Source: Prorocentrum cordatum (taxonomy: Eukaryota). From it: a stretch of 64,000 nucleotides of DNA. A model generated the notes under the pieces. That model had not been told where the DNA came from and did not search any database. It saw only the letters and a list, made by a program, of their open reading frames with translations. Shown here piece after piece: positions 48,635 through 60,969 of the stretch. Each line of letters opens with the position of its first letter. Position 1 is the stretch's first letter. The DNA lies in NCBI GenBank assembly GCA_963575745.1, contig CAUYUJ010000303.1:248001-312000 (forward strand). The letters are read 5' to 3'. Both the position numbers and the translations under genes were made by a program.

Positions 48635-48848
48635 GCTTGTTTTCCAGCAGGTGTTCTTGTTGTTTCAGTTGCGCAGTAGTTTATGAGCAGCGAGGCTGAC
48701 TGACTTCGATATCAGGAACTGTCCATCGCAGGACGCTTTTGCAATCGAGGAAAAAATCAGTAAGACCGTCCGTGCTTCGAAGCTGGTGGCCTCTCGAAGC
48801 CAGCCTGGGGAGCCCTTCCACCTTGGCCCGAGGTGGTCATGGAGCTTA

Positions 48849-48998
48849 GGTCGGGCATGTCCCCCTACAGCCGATGTTCAACGAAACATGTGAAATGTTC
48901 AAAATAAGCAAAACTGATCAAACAACTATTAGAAACATCTTCCCCGACTATTTTTTACTATTTCTGAATACTCCTCCTGTAGAGGGACGTGCCCGACT
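48849..48998. mobile_element. MITE-like element, TA-flanked family (further copies at 49061-49212 and 58342-58500, partial at 36007, split copy 38360..46095)
   Basis: TA|ggtcgggcatgtccccctacag ... ctgtagagggacgtgcccgact|TA. Confidence 0.7.
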
Positions 48999-51900
48999 TA
49001 ACACTGGGCCTCCAAAAGGAGTTCGAGTAGATCTGGAGGCCTTTTGGATGCCCAGTGTTAGGTCGGGCACGTCCCTCTACAGGAGGACTATCCAGAAATG
49101 GTCAAAACATAATATGGGGAAGGTTTTCCTAGCAGTTGTTGACCAGTGTTCGCTATTTTTGAATATGTTTTAATGTTTCGAGAAAAATTTGCCTGTGGAG
49201 GGACATGCCCGAGCGCGTCCCACCTTGGTGGCTATTTTGGAGACCGCCTCGCCTTGTCTTGACCTGCCGAAGCCAAGACGGGGGCCATACACGCCGATGT
49301 TGTTGCCGAGGAGCGGTTTGGCACAGATGCCCCCCGTGAGGACCCCCAAAGCGCCCCCAGCATCGTTCAGCACATCGCGAAGGCCTAGCCGAACCACCTG
49401 TGCTTGGCGCCGCGCTGGTCGCAAGGCTGCCCGCAGGAGGGCTCATCGGGCTCCAACTGGCCCCCGGAGAGCGGCAAGAGAGCCCCAGAGGGGGCCCCGA
49501 CAGAGCCCCAGCAGGGCCACAAGGGTACCCAAAAAGGGCCTTATCGAACGAGTTCCAGCGGGTCCCCCGCAACTCTCGAATTCGACGCACCGTCCCAACA
49601 ACTTGGTTCTCAAATATGCCCTGGGCGTTTCTCTCATACTGGTTTCGTGTTGGCGTGTTGGGAATCATGCGTGTAGGGGTCTTTAGATTCCAACAGCGCG
49701 GTTCAACATTGCTGTCTACCACATCCTCAGTTCCTTCTCCCTGCGTCCGGTCCCCCCTGCATTCTTATTCTGATATGGTTGCTCTTCTTTGGACGTCGCT
49801 GCTGACTGGTCGCTGGGCCTCCGGGCGTGTGCCGCGCCGGTGTCAGACCGGTGTTAGGACGTTGTTTGGGCCTCTTTAGCTCTGCGCTCTGCGCGCGGAG
49901 CGGGAGGATGGGGGGATAGCAGGAACGGGAGAGCGGGAGCGAATACGGCAGTGAAGACGAGGAGTAGCCTTTGACAAGAAAGCGAGCAACGCTGAAAGAA
50001 TACAGATCCACAGCGGCGGGCTTGAAAAAGCTCAGAACACGGTAAGACACGCCAACACTACTTGGCGTGTTGTTGTATCGCTTTTAGCGCGTCACGAGCC
50101 CAAAGTGCAAAACGGTATCAAAACGCCCAAGGCGCTTTTGAGAAGCCCAACAGAGGAGGCGTTGCGGCGTGTGGTAGGGGCAGGGATTACGCCCACCCTG
50201 GAGGGAAAGAAGGGGCTGTAATAGCTACAGCGCAAAATCACATGCGTCCAGAGGGTTGTGGGCACTTCAGGAGAACCACGGCTTATTACGAAGACGCCAG
50301 TGTCAAACAGGAGGCGCCCAGCTAAAACGAGATTTTTGTTTTTTCTCCGGAGATATAGTTGAGGATGGAAGCTTGAGTTTTGGGTTGGCTTGCCCTGGGG
50401 GTTTTCAGAGCAGCATTGGCAAGCAATCACGCCAGCGTTTTGGTTGGGCTCCCATTGCCATCCAACCTGAAGAGCAAAGCCCATAAAGGGCTGGCAGAGG
50501 CCTTGGAAGTGGCACCTGCGCTGCGCGCTATGGCACTGACAGGGTGCCCAGCTGGTATGGCAGTCGCAGCACCAAGAGTATCGACACCACGCAGTAGGAT
50601 ACTCCAGCAGGCACTTGGTAGGTCCGCCACTCGGGGGACCACCCGCGTATGACGAATCGGACCTGTCGCCAGAACAAATCCCGAGACGCTAGCATCGGGA
50701 TGTTCTTGCACGTCTGTCCAATATCATCCCTGCCCGTGTGCATGTATCTCGGAGATCTGAATTCAATGGCATCCCCATTCCGGGTCTAATTCCCGAGTAT
50801 CCGAAGTTCATTTCGACAGCGCGTTAAGATGCAAGTACACGTTTCATGCGTTTGGTTTCGGGGGCACATTATGTTGTATATGTTTGTTGCCGGGGGTTGG
50901 CGGACCCGGGTGGTTCCATAGTTGCGAATAACAGTAGTCGTCACGATCAGGCCATGATAGATACGTTGTCGTGATCTCGATATTATTGTCAAGTGCAGGC
51001 GCGTAGATCTAGCTCAGAGGTGTCTCATCAAGGAGGAGCGGAGCGAAATGATAGATATTTGGTTGGCAGGGGGAGGTGGGCAGGGGTGGGCGTAAGATGC
51101 AAATGTCCTGTCGCCGTGTTCGATCTCCCATCAACTCCACTGGCCGCGGCATCATCGACCTCCAGCTGTCCGCGTCTACGTTTGAGGTTGTGGTACGTCC
51201 CGCCCTGCCTGCCCTTGTATCAATAGCCTTCCAACGCCCATGTAATCGTTGCGTCGCTCCTCTTCTTTTCACCTTCGCGGAGTTCCTGAGAGCGGGAGGG
51301 TTGGTGTGTGTGTGCACGATCGTGTTTGGACGGTCAGCGGGGAGTCAGCGGAGATTTGCCGCTGCCACGGCAAAATTCGTTCATTTCAAAATGCTGGTCC
51401 GTCAGATGGTAACGCCCCAGCAACATCTGGGATGGGACTCTTCGGTACGGACATGTCAGCAGAAGGCCGTGAGGCTTCCATGATGGGTTGGTTCGCAGTA
51501 GGGAGTGTTGTTCTCTGCAGCAGACTGCCAGCGTGAGTGCCAGGAACGCTTTCGTGCGATGACGCACCTGTACTACCGGGACTTGACCATTGCTGCTTGC
51601 ATGTTTTTTGTTCTGGCAAGCAAGAGCAAACGCACGAGCAGAGATTGGAGAATGAATGTTTCGCAAACCCATGTTCCATCATTCGCATTCGGCGCTTGGA
51701 GATCTCGAGGATATGCACCTGCGATCCTGTTCCGAACGTGTCGACCACACCTCCGCATGAGCGTAGCATGCTTTCTGCCCCAACACTGGCTGAGCGGGAT
51801 TGCCCGTTGATAACGTACCATTGTAGTGACGGAAGGTCGCGAAAGTTTGATTGATGTAGGAGAATAGCGAACGTAGTACCGAATACTTTCAGGTGGGCGC

Positions 51901-53004
51901 TGTAACACGGCAGATCCTTGCGCCAGTTTTTGGATTGATGGCAACCGATTGCGAATGAGAGGTTTGAGGTTGTAGAGGCAGTCAGTATTCAAATGATCAT
52001 GTCAGATGTCTCGTAATGCCAGGATGCAGCGGGGGCCGTCATCGTCTATGACTGCACAGACGCTCATTCGCAGGCTGCTACTTTGAAGGAGGTATGCATG
52101 CTGTGTTTCGCCTCGGTGCACTCTAGGAGCACATCGGATTAATCCACACCCCGTGTCATATCCGCTTGATGAACAGGATGAGGAGGAGGCGGAGGAGGAG
52201 GAGGAGGAGGAGGAAGAGAAGTAGTAGAAGCAGGAAGGAGGAACAGGAGGAGGAGGAGGAGGAGGAGGAGGAGGGCAAGCACAAGGTCCAGAGGTCTCTT
52301 GGATGCCTCTCGGAGCCTCTTGGGGTATCTCTTGGGCGATTCTTGGTGGCCTCTTGGGACGTCTTGGGGGTCTCTTGGCGATCCTGGGGGGCTCTTCGGG
52401 GTCTTGGGTGCCTCGGGGGGGGCATATTGGGGCCGCTGAAGGTCTTCTTGGGGGCCTCCTGGGGGCATCTTGGGGTCCTCTTGGGGCCATCTTGGGGCCA
52501 TCTTGGGACCTCTTGGTTCCTCCTGGGCGCTTCTTTGTGCCATCTTGGAGGAGATCTATCAAAGAAGAGCGGAGCTTCAATTAGGGTTGCCCCCCCAGGA
52601 GGCCAAAATGGGACCAAAACCATAGTAAAATCAATGAGTTTGGCTTCCTCGCCGAGGCCGTTTTGGACGCTCTGACCGCTCGCGCCCCCCCCCGTCCAGG
52701 TCCACGGGGAGGGGTTAGGGGGATGGGTAAACCCCTCCCCGAAGCGGAAGAAGGAGGGGTGGAAGAGGAAACGCCCTAAACCACCGACGCCCAGAGGGCT
52801 GGTGGGATTCCCCCCTGCTTTTGAGACGCGGGGGGGCGAGACTGGACCCCCGGCCCCTCCCCCCTGGGATCTGCGTTTACTCCCCCCCACCTCCCCCTAA
52901 AGCGCCGGCGAAGGAGAGAGGATTCAATACCATTCCCGCCCTCCCTTTGGCGGCGGACGGAAGGGGACGGGATGCACTGCGGCGCATGGGAGGGGGTTCG
53001 GGGG

Positions 53005-53660
53005 CTAGGATGAGAGTGTTAGGGGTTTGAGGATGTGGGCTTGGGGGGCAGTGCTTAGGGTTTGGGCGTTAGGATGTTTGGATCTGGGGTGTTAGGGTGT
53101 CAGGGCTAGGTTTATCCCTTAGATCTAAACTTCGGAGGTTAGAGTGAGGTAAGAAGTGGACATGGGAGCAGGGGGTATTCTTCGGGTTGCTGCATCTTGA
53201 TAGGCCCTTATGGTTTCATGGAGCTAGGGTGAAGGACCGGTCGTTAGGGCTAGATTTAGTGATCAGGTTTGCAGGTGTCAGGGTGTAGGGTTAGTGTTTA
53301 GGGCCAGGGTCAGGGTGTCAGGGCAAGTGATTAGGACCAGGATGTAGGGGACAAGGGTTGTAAGGTCAGCGCGTCAGGGTTCAGAGTTGAGGTTTAGGGT
53401 TGGGCATAATGGGTAGGGTTCGGATGTTCGGGCTTAGCTTGGGCTTACGACCAGGCGTAGGGGGGGGGGGTAGGATCAAGGCTTTAGAGATTGAGGTTCG
53501 TGGTTATGACTAGGATTCGTGCTTCTAGTCAGGGCTCAGGGTTTTACGGGGTCCGGGGTGAAGTTTGGGTGTTGGGCGCAGGTTGAGTGCCTTAGGTGTC
53601 AGGACGTCAGGGTTAAAGTGTACGTCAGTGTTTTGGGGGTGTCAGGGTTGAGGTTTAGTT
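53005..53660 (+). repeat. Degenerate telomere-like (TTAGGG/TTTAGGG/TCAGGG) tract
   Basis: G/T-skewed tract with ttaggg at about 53019, 53055, 53093 and 53244, and tttaggg at about 53297 and 53393. Confidence 0.55.
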
Positions 53661-55809
53661 CTCAGGTTGTGGAAGTCGATTAATGGAGAGGAAGCAGATT
53701 ACCAAATAATTTCCAGATGTCTAAAACATGGTGTTAAACATGTTTTCACCACGTAAAAACATGTTTAGAACATGTTTCCTACATTTTAAACACATTTCAA
53801 ATTCAATGATAGGATTGTTAGGGTGTCCATTGTGGCATCCACAATTCTCAGGGCTCCTGCTTTGGGTCGCGGTCCGGCCAGAGGGTCAGGGTGTCAGGGT
53901 TCGGGTATTGGGGCCAGGGTTCAGGGGTCAAAGAAGGGAACGACGAGGCTCAGCTGCGAGAACAAGAGAGCGGGGGGAGCGGGGGGGGTCCCAGCCTCCT
54001 GCCCGAAACGGAGGGGGGAGCGTCTTCCTTCAGGCAATCGCAAACATGGATCACGGGGGCGTGGATTAGCGACGGGTCCCGCTTCCATGGGACGTCGCGG
54101 AGTTCCGCCGCCGAGCGAGGCGGCACCGGCCGCACTTGGGGGGAGGGCACCTCCCCCGATCCATGGATTTGGCGACCTCGCGCCAAATCCATGGATCGCT
54201 AATCCTCCGCCCTCCTATGGAGGGCGGAGGATTAGCGAAATCGCAAAATCCATGGATCGCTTGGTGCGCCCCCGATGCCCCCCCCCTCCCCCTCGCCCTC
54301 CTCTGGAACGCAGGCGGGAGGGGGTGGGGGGGAGCCCGGCGGCGTGTCGGACAGGGGCGGGTGGGGCGTCCCGGACGACGGGCCGGCGAAGTGACCAGAG
54401 AGTCAGGAGGGGAAACACACCACAGGCACAAATAATCGTCGATCACCCGGAAACGATTGGAAAATATGGGAAGTGGGGGGGGGAAAGAGAGAACCCCCGA
54501 AAAGATTGGAAAATATATAGGGGATCTTGTGATTTGTGTGTGTGTATTTCTTTGTGCGTCCCAGGACCCCTGCAGAGAGTGGGGGTTCAACCCTCTTTCC
54601 CGTGGGGGCAGCTCGCGGCGCGCCCTCTCTATCCGAGCGCATGCTGTGAGGTGTCGTTGGCGTGACATCATGTTGTTGCACTGCAGCTCGGTGCGGCAGT
54701 CTGCTCCTGCTGCCACTCCACTGTCCTCACCATCCGGAATTATTTCCGTATTGCGACGGCGCCTCTTTCCTTATACCTTGTTATCGCGTTCTTCCCTTGC
54801 TCTTTCTCTCTCTCTCTCTCTTTCTCCATCTCTCTCCCTCTCTCGTCCGTTATCCGGTGTTTGCCGACATGGTGGCCTCGCAGTTGCGTAGGATTTTAAA
54901 TCGTTAGGCAGCCACCTGCTTGGGAATCGTGGTGGGCTCCTGATAATATTCAGGTCATGTCATTGAGAGTTTATCATTGTGCGTGGTAGTGGGTCGTTTC
55001 TCATTGAGTTCGTTACCTGCACAGCAGTTGTTGCAAACGGGTGCAGATTGATTCAAGGTGGCCGAAGGCTTCAGCTGTCCGCGCATTTCTTGGCCACGAT
55101 TTGTTAGGAACTACATCGGAAGAATGGATTCAAATCCAGCCCTGACATATGCTTCTAGTGAGTTGAATAGCTGAATGTTGTGCGCTTGGGCATACGATAA
55201 GCCACACTTGCTTACACTTGAGAAACAGGCGCTTGCGTCTTTCCCAGTCGGGCGCACAGTGTTCAATCCCGTTTTCACATACCCGAGTGCAGCATCACGG
55301 ACGGTCAGTTTCACGGCCGCGTGGATGCCGCATGTGTCAAGCTCGTGCACACCATCGCATGGACTCTGAAGAAAGAGGTTCTGTATGGTTCCAGGGCAGG
55401 GATTTCTGCATAATCACCGCCTGGCAGGTCGATGTTCGGGGACTTCGGCAGGCGGTGGGTATGGATGTATATGCCCCCCTCAGGGCCTGGACATATCTAT
55501 ATCCACCGCTTGCCGGGGTCCCCGAAGGGTTGTGGTTATGGATAGATCCCCGCCTCGCATGGTACCTTTCCCGGCTCTTTCTCTCTTGCATGAGGTTGTT
55601 GCTTTGTGATATGTCACGCATGCTGAAACCAGTTGCGATGGATGCACGAGCCTCAGCCCCCAGGGCCTGTGCCCCGACGGGCTTTCTCGGTGGTGGGGCC
55701 ACGCCGGGTCTGCCGGTAGCCACCGCTACGGGCACCTTCTCTGCGCCAATCTTCCGCGCTATCATTTTCAGACGAGACATGGTACCATAGAGCGAGTCGA
55801 GTCGAGTCG

Positions 55810-57385
55810 AGTTGAAGTTGTTTCCCTCGCCGCTTTGCCCCCCTTTCCACTCAAGAGCTGCGTCGAGCACTGGGCGCGCGAGCTGCAGAACAAGGGGGGG
55901 TGGCGAGGGTGGTCCGACAAAGTGTCCAAACGATACCTAAACGAGCCCCCTGGGGCTCCGGAGGGGCCCGAAAAGGGGCACGAAAGGAGACCGTTTCTGA
56001 CCCCCCAGTGATGACCCCCCCCGTTAAGCCACGCCGAATTGAGGTTGTTGCCCTCGCCGTTTTGCCCCCCTCCCGCTCCAGAGCTCCGTCGAGTACTGGG
56101 CGCACGAGCTGCAGAACAAGGGGGGGGGGGCGAGGGTGGTCCGAAAAGGTACCCGAACGATACCTAAACGAGCCCCTCTGGGGCTCCGGAGGGGCCCGAA
56201 AAGGGGCACGAAAGGAGACCGTTTTTGACCCCCCAGTGATGAACCCCCCGTTAAGCCACGCCGACTTGAGGTTGTTGCCCTCACCGTTTTGCCCCCCTCC
56301 CCGCTCCAGAACTGCGTCGAGTACTGGGCGCAGGAGCTGCGGAACAGGGGGGGGGGGGGGCGAGGGTGGTCGGACAAGGTACCCGAACGATACCTAAACG
56401 AGTCCCCTGGGGCTCCGGAGGGGCCCGAAAGGAAGCACGAAAAGAGACCGTTTCAGACCCCCCCAGTGATGACCCCCGCGTTAAGCCACGCCGACTTGAG
56501 GTTGTTGCCCTCACCGTTTTGCCCCCCTTCCCGCTCCAGAACTGCGTCGGGTACTGGGCGCACGAGCTGCAAAACAAGGGGGGGTGACGAGGGTGGTCTG
56601 ACAAGGTACCCGAACGGTACCTAAACGAGCCCCTTGGGGATCCGGAGGGGCCCGAAATACCGTTTCGGACCCCCCAGTGATGACCCCTCCGTTAGGCCAC
56701 GTCGGCTTCAGGTTATTGCCCTCACCGTTTTGCCCCCCTTCCCGCCCCAGAATTCCGTCGAGTATTGGGCGCGCGAGCTGCAGAACAAGGGGGGGTGGCG
56801 AGGGTGGTCCGACAAGGTGCCCAAGCGGTACTTAAACGAGCCCCCTGGGGCCCCCCCGAGTGATGATCCCCCCCCGTTAAGCCACGCCGACTTGAGGCTG
56901 TTGCCCTCGCCGCTTTGCCCCCCTCTCCCGCTCCAGAGCTCCGTCGAGTACTGGGCCTGCAGAACAAGGGGGGGGGGGCGAGGGTGGTCCGACAAGGTAC
57001 CCGAACGATACCTAAACGAGTCCCCTGGGGCTCGGGAGGGGCCCGAAAGGGGCACGAAAGGAGACCGTTTCTGACCCCCCCAGTGATGACCCCTCCGTTA
57101 GGCCACGCCGGCTTGAGGTTGTTGCCCTCACCGCTTTGCCCCCTTCCCTCTCCAGAATTCCGTCGAGTACTGGGCGCGCGAGCTGCAGAACAAGGGGGGG
57201 TGGCGAGGGTGGTCGGATAAGGTACCCAAACGGTACCTAAACGAGCCCCCTGGGGCTCCGGAGGGGCCCGAAACAGGACCCCCCGTTAAGCCACACCGAC
57301 TTGAGGTTGTTGCCCTCACCGCTTTGCCCCTCTCCCGCTCCAGAACTCCGTCGAGTACTGGGTGCACGAGCTGCAGAACAAGGGG
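55810..57385. repeat. About 190-230-bp tandem satellite, roughly 8 units (ccgttaagccacgccgacttgaggttgttgccctc...)
   Basis: Directly visible. Confidence 0.95.
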
Positions 57386-58207
57386 CCCTCCCAGGTCCGC
57401 ATCGCCGTGGCGGCCAACAAGTGCGCCCAGCGGCCGCTCTCTGTGGCTCGCTCCTTGCGGATGTTGCTGAATGCATCCCTGGCCCAGGGCGATCCCAGCT
57501 TTCCCAGGGAGGCGCAAATGTCATCGCGCCAACATCGCAGAGCGGATTTCGTTCGGAAAACGATAGGGTGGGCCCGGGGGTGTCCTGGAGAATTTCGTTC
57601 CGGATTTCTGGGTTCCTTTCGTGCGGAGTCAGATCAGGAAAGAAGACTTAAACAATCCACGCGAAAGTAACTTCGTTTTTCACTCGCCGTTTCGGGGTTT
57701 TGCATTTGCAAAATCCAAGCAACAATCCGCTGCAGCACGTCTGCAAGGTCGGTGTAGTGACAGATGGGTTTCAGAGCACCCCTCACGAGGCCCACAGGGT
57801 CCTAGCGGCCCCGAAATGGCCCGACATGTTGGGGCGGACCACTTCTGGCAACACCTCCGCTCGGGGAGAGGGGCATTTCTATCCAAGCGGCCCACGCCAT
57901 TCCGACGACTTCCTAAGAAGAGATGTGGTTTTCGATGCCATGTGTCTTGTTTGTTTCTCCGCGTCGTGTTGCCCGCGTGTTCATCGTTTTCCTTTTCCTC
58001 CTCCTCCGCGTCTGTTTTGGAGCTTCTTGGGGGCCTCTTGGAGTCCTCGGGGTTGGCCACTTGGGAGAGGTTTCCGGGGCCCTCGGTGGGAGCTTTTGGG
58101 GGGCCTCGGGGGGCATGTGGGGGTCTTCGGGGCCATACTGTGGGGGAGGGATCCCGGGCCGCCTTCGAGTTCCCCCTTCTGAGCCTCTCTTGGGTTTTTT
58201 TTCCCGG

Positions 58208-58338
58208 AGGCAGGAGAGGGGTGTGGCATAAAGGGGTGTGGTGGCAATGGTGAGTCTGGCGGTGTCATTTATCGTAGAAAGCATCTCGATTTCCACGATT
58301 GGCACCACACCCCATTATGCCACACCCCTTTCCTACCT
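58208..58338. mobile_element. 131-bp MITE-like hairpin with TIRs of about 41 bp
   Basis: aggcaggagaggggtgtggcataaaggggtgtggtggcaat versus the reverse complement of attggcaccacaccccattatgccacacccctttcctacct. Confidence 0.75.
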
Positions 58339-58341
58339 TTA

Positions 58342-58500
58342 AGTCGGGCCTGTCCCTCTACAGGAGGAAAATTCAAATATAGTCGAAAAATAGTCTGGCG
58401 ACGATGTGTTTTACTATTTTTGCCCATTTGGGGTTATTTTTTTATTGTAGTTTTTTGCATGTTTTGCCCAACGTCACCCTGCAGGGGGACACGCCCGACT
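58342..58500. mobile_element. MITE-like element, TA-flanked family
   Basis: TA|agtcgggcctgtccctctacag ... ctgcagggggacacgcccgact|TA. Confidence 0.72.
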
Positions 58501-60563
58501 TAGTCCTACCTCCAGATTTTTGGACGTCTTCGAGGCCTCCTTGGCAGCCTTGGCGCCCTCGTGGGCCATCCCTCGGCCATCTCGGGGGCCTCTTGGGTGG
58601 GTCTGGGGCGCCCCTCGGCCCGCACCGAGCTTTGGGCTCGACAAGGCGAGGGCGCGACAATCACGAAAACATAGATGGGACACACCTCATCCTCCTCCTC
58701 CTACTCCTCCTCCTCCTCCTCCTCCTCTTCCTCCTCCTCCTCCTCCTCCTTCCCCATCTCCCCCTGTTCCTTCTTTTCGCCCCCCCCCCCCTCCTCCTCC
58801 TCCTCCTTCTCCTCCTCCTCCTCCTCCTCCTCCTGTTTCGCCTCTTGAGGCTGGCTTGCGGGTCCTCTCGGGGCCCTCCTGGGGTGTTTCCGGGGCCTCC
58901 TGGGCCGTCTTGGATTTTCTTTGGGCCCTTCCTGCGTGTTAGAGCCCTTTTTGATCCATGTTAGATGGCGTCTTGGGCATCTCGGAGGCCACAGAGTGTG
59001 GATTTTGAGGCTTCGAGGGCCCCGGAGAACTGCTGACGAGTTCTTGGATTCCCCATCTTCTCACAGGATTTGGGGCCCCAGGGGAGTGGGAAAGGGAGAG
59101 GTGGACAGCGAACCCCTTGCAAGCGCGGCTCGGCGGACCTCTGCTTGGGAGGCAGCCGTTCCACTTCCCCGTCTGCATGGGAGGCATTTGATACTGGCAG
59201 GGACAAATCACGAATTGTCAGTTTAGGAACCCAGGCCTGTAGCTTTGCCAGCACCCAGGCCATTGCGCAGACCGGGACGCGCGCAGCAGTGTCATTGACG
59301 AGTCGACCATGGACACCCCTGCCCCCCGATTACCTTCGGCGAAGTTTCCCACTCGGCAGTCCCAAGTAACTAGTAACCAAACTCCCTCCTCGTTGTCCCT
59401 GGCGTCCTCCTTCCTGCAGCGTCTGTTCCAATTGAGGTCGACAGTTTCATCCATGGGCCCGATCAGATGAGACAGGAGAGGCCTCTGCTCTTTTTGTGAT
59501 TTGTCATCCCCGTTGCGACTGACAATACAGTGGGGGGCGCGCACCAAGAAACCATATGCTTTTCTCAGGGTATCCTGGGTTTCTTCGCCCCGCGCGCTGC
59601 GCGGCGACTTCCCGCGGCCGTTGTAGGATCTGCTGCGTTCAGAGTGCTCCAGATTTCTCTTCTGGTGCACTTCGCGCGCGGGTTTTCAGGGTCGACCCTG
59701 CCAAATCAAGGTACCCTTGTGTCCCATGTCTCGCGACCCGTGTTGCCAACATTCCTGCGGTAATGTGGCCCCCGGAAGGGTCTTGTGTCCTCTCGCGTGT
59801 CCTGTCCAATCGAGTCCGCCTGTATCGTATTATGTTCGTCTGCCCGACATCCTGCCAGGAGCGACGTGGAGACGAAGGCAGTCGACCCCAAGGGTATGAA
59901 GGCAGCCACCGGCTCTTTGATCGTGGCAACGTTCAGCCATCTCACCACATGAGGGAGTACGCCACATCCAACCCTTGGCATCGCTCGGACGTGTGAATTT
60001 GCTTTCTCGGCGAGGACCTTCGAGGAGCATCCTCGACCATCTGGCAAGAAGAGCACGCACGGAGCCGACAAATGCACGGGGAACGGACGTCCGAGCGACG
60101 GCAAGAGCCCGGTGTGGTCCACGGAGATCTCGTTCGGGAGGGGGGACAGCTGTTCTGTGGTTCGCAAGATACTCCTGAGCATACCCGGTTGCAGAGTCGC
60201 CGACGAATCATGAGCTTTCGTACTGCGGGGGGGGACCCTTGACACCCATTGTTGCCAGCCGCTTGTGATGGGGCCGCTTAGACGCGCCAGTTTCGAGTGA
60301 CCGTGGTATGGAATAGGATTTCTAGTCCCACCGCTTGAAGACAAAGCTCATAAGGCAATTCAACGAGCTGCACGGAAACCGACACCGCTCCCATCTCCTT
60401 TTTCTCGTTGCACCTCCTACGCGTGCGTATCCCCTCTGTCATATGTATGTCGGATTTGCTGAAATTCGGAGCCATGTTTGTCTATGTTTGTATGCAGGTG
60501 TATGCGTCGCTGTGTTGCCTGTGTCTGCTTCTGCTGACGTATGCATTCCGTTATGACGGTGCG

Positions 60564-60567
<4 letters not shown>

Positions 60568-60605
<38 letters not shown>

Positions 60606-60620
60606 CACTTACATATTCGT

Positions 60621-60669
<49 letters not shown>

Positions 60670-60673
60670 CATA
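60568..60673. repeat. (TC)n(TA)n compound microsatellite
   Basis: Directly visible. Confidence 0.97.
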
Positions 60674-60873
60674 TCCCGGGGGACGAGGCTGCCTGGACGG
60701 GCCAAAGGACCACGGGGGGCATGGCGTGTCACGGCCTCTGGGAGCGTTCACAGACGGCCCAGGGCAGTCCCGAAACGTGCTGAAAAGGGCTCCAAGAAGG
60801 CTCCGAGTCGGTCCAATGCAGCCCAGAGAGTCACAACCATCGCCCCAAGCCGCCCAAGATGGCCCCAAGGCGC

Positions 60874-60895
60874 TCCGTAACCATTTTGGCTCAAG
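60874..60895 (+). other. DinoSL relic (21/22)
   Basis: tccgtaaccattttggctcaag. Confidence 0.93.
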
Positions 60896-60969
60896 ACATT
60901 GTGGCAACTCTTCAGGAATAGGGAACATTTGGTTTGCGCCTATTGCTGCCGAGCCCCTGTTACTCCGCC

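Larger units (their letters stand above)
37543..48750. repeat. Segmental duplication of about 11900-15834, interrupted by the YR retrotransposon
   Basis: Colinear satellite, (GAC)n, MITE, 13065-13560/46096-46598 block, SL and gene. Confidence 0.92.

Noticed and set aside
49700..52150. Unique-looking, lower-GC sequence that may be decayed coding or LINE DNA (likewise 3600-4260, 6540-7290, 24890-25250, 59150-60400)
   Set aside because: No RT, endonuclease or other motif recognisable by eye; needs a frameshift-aware profile search.
57395..57424. cag|VRIAVAANKC micro-exon resembling a small-GTPase NKxD strand
   Set aside because: Ten codons only, no Asp, no clear donor and no partner exons found.
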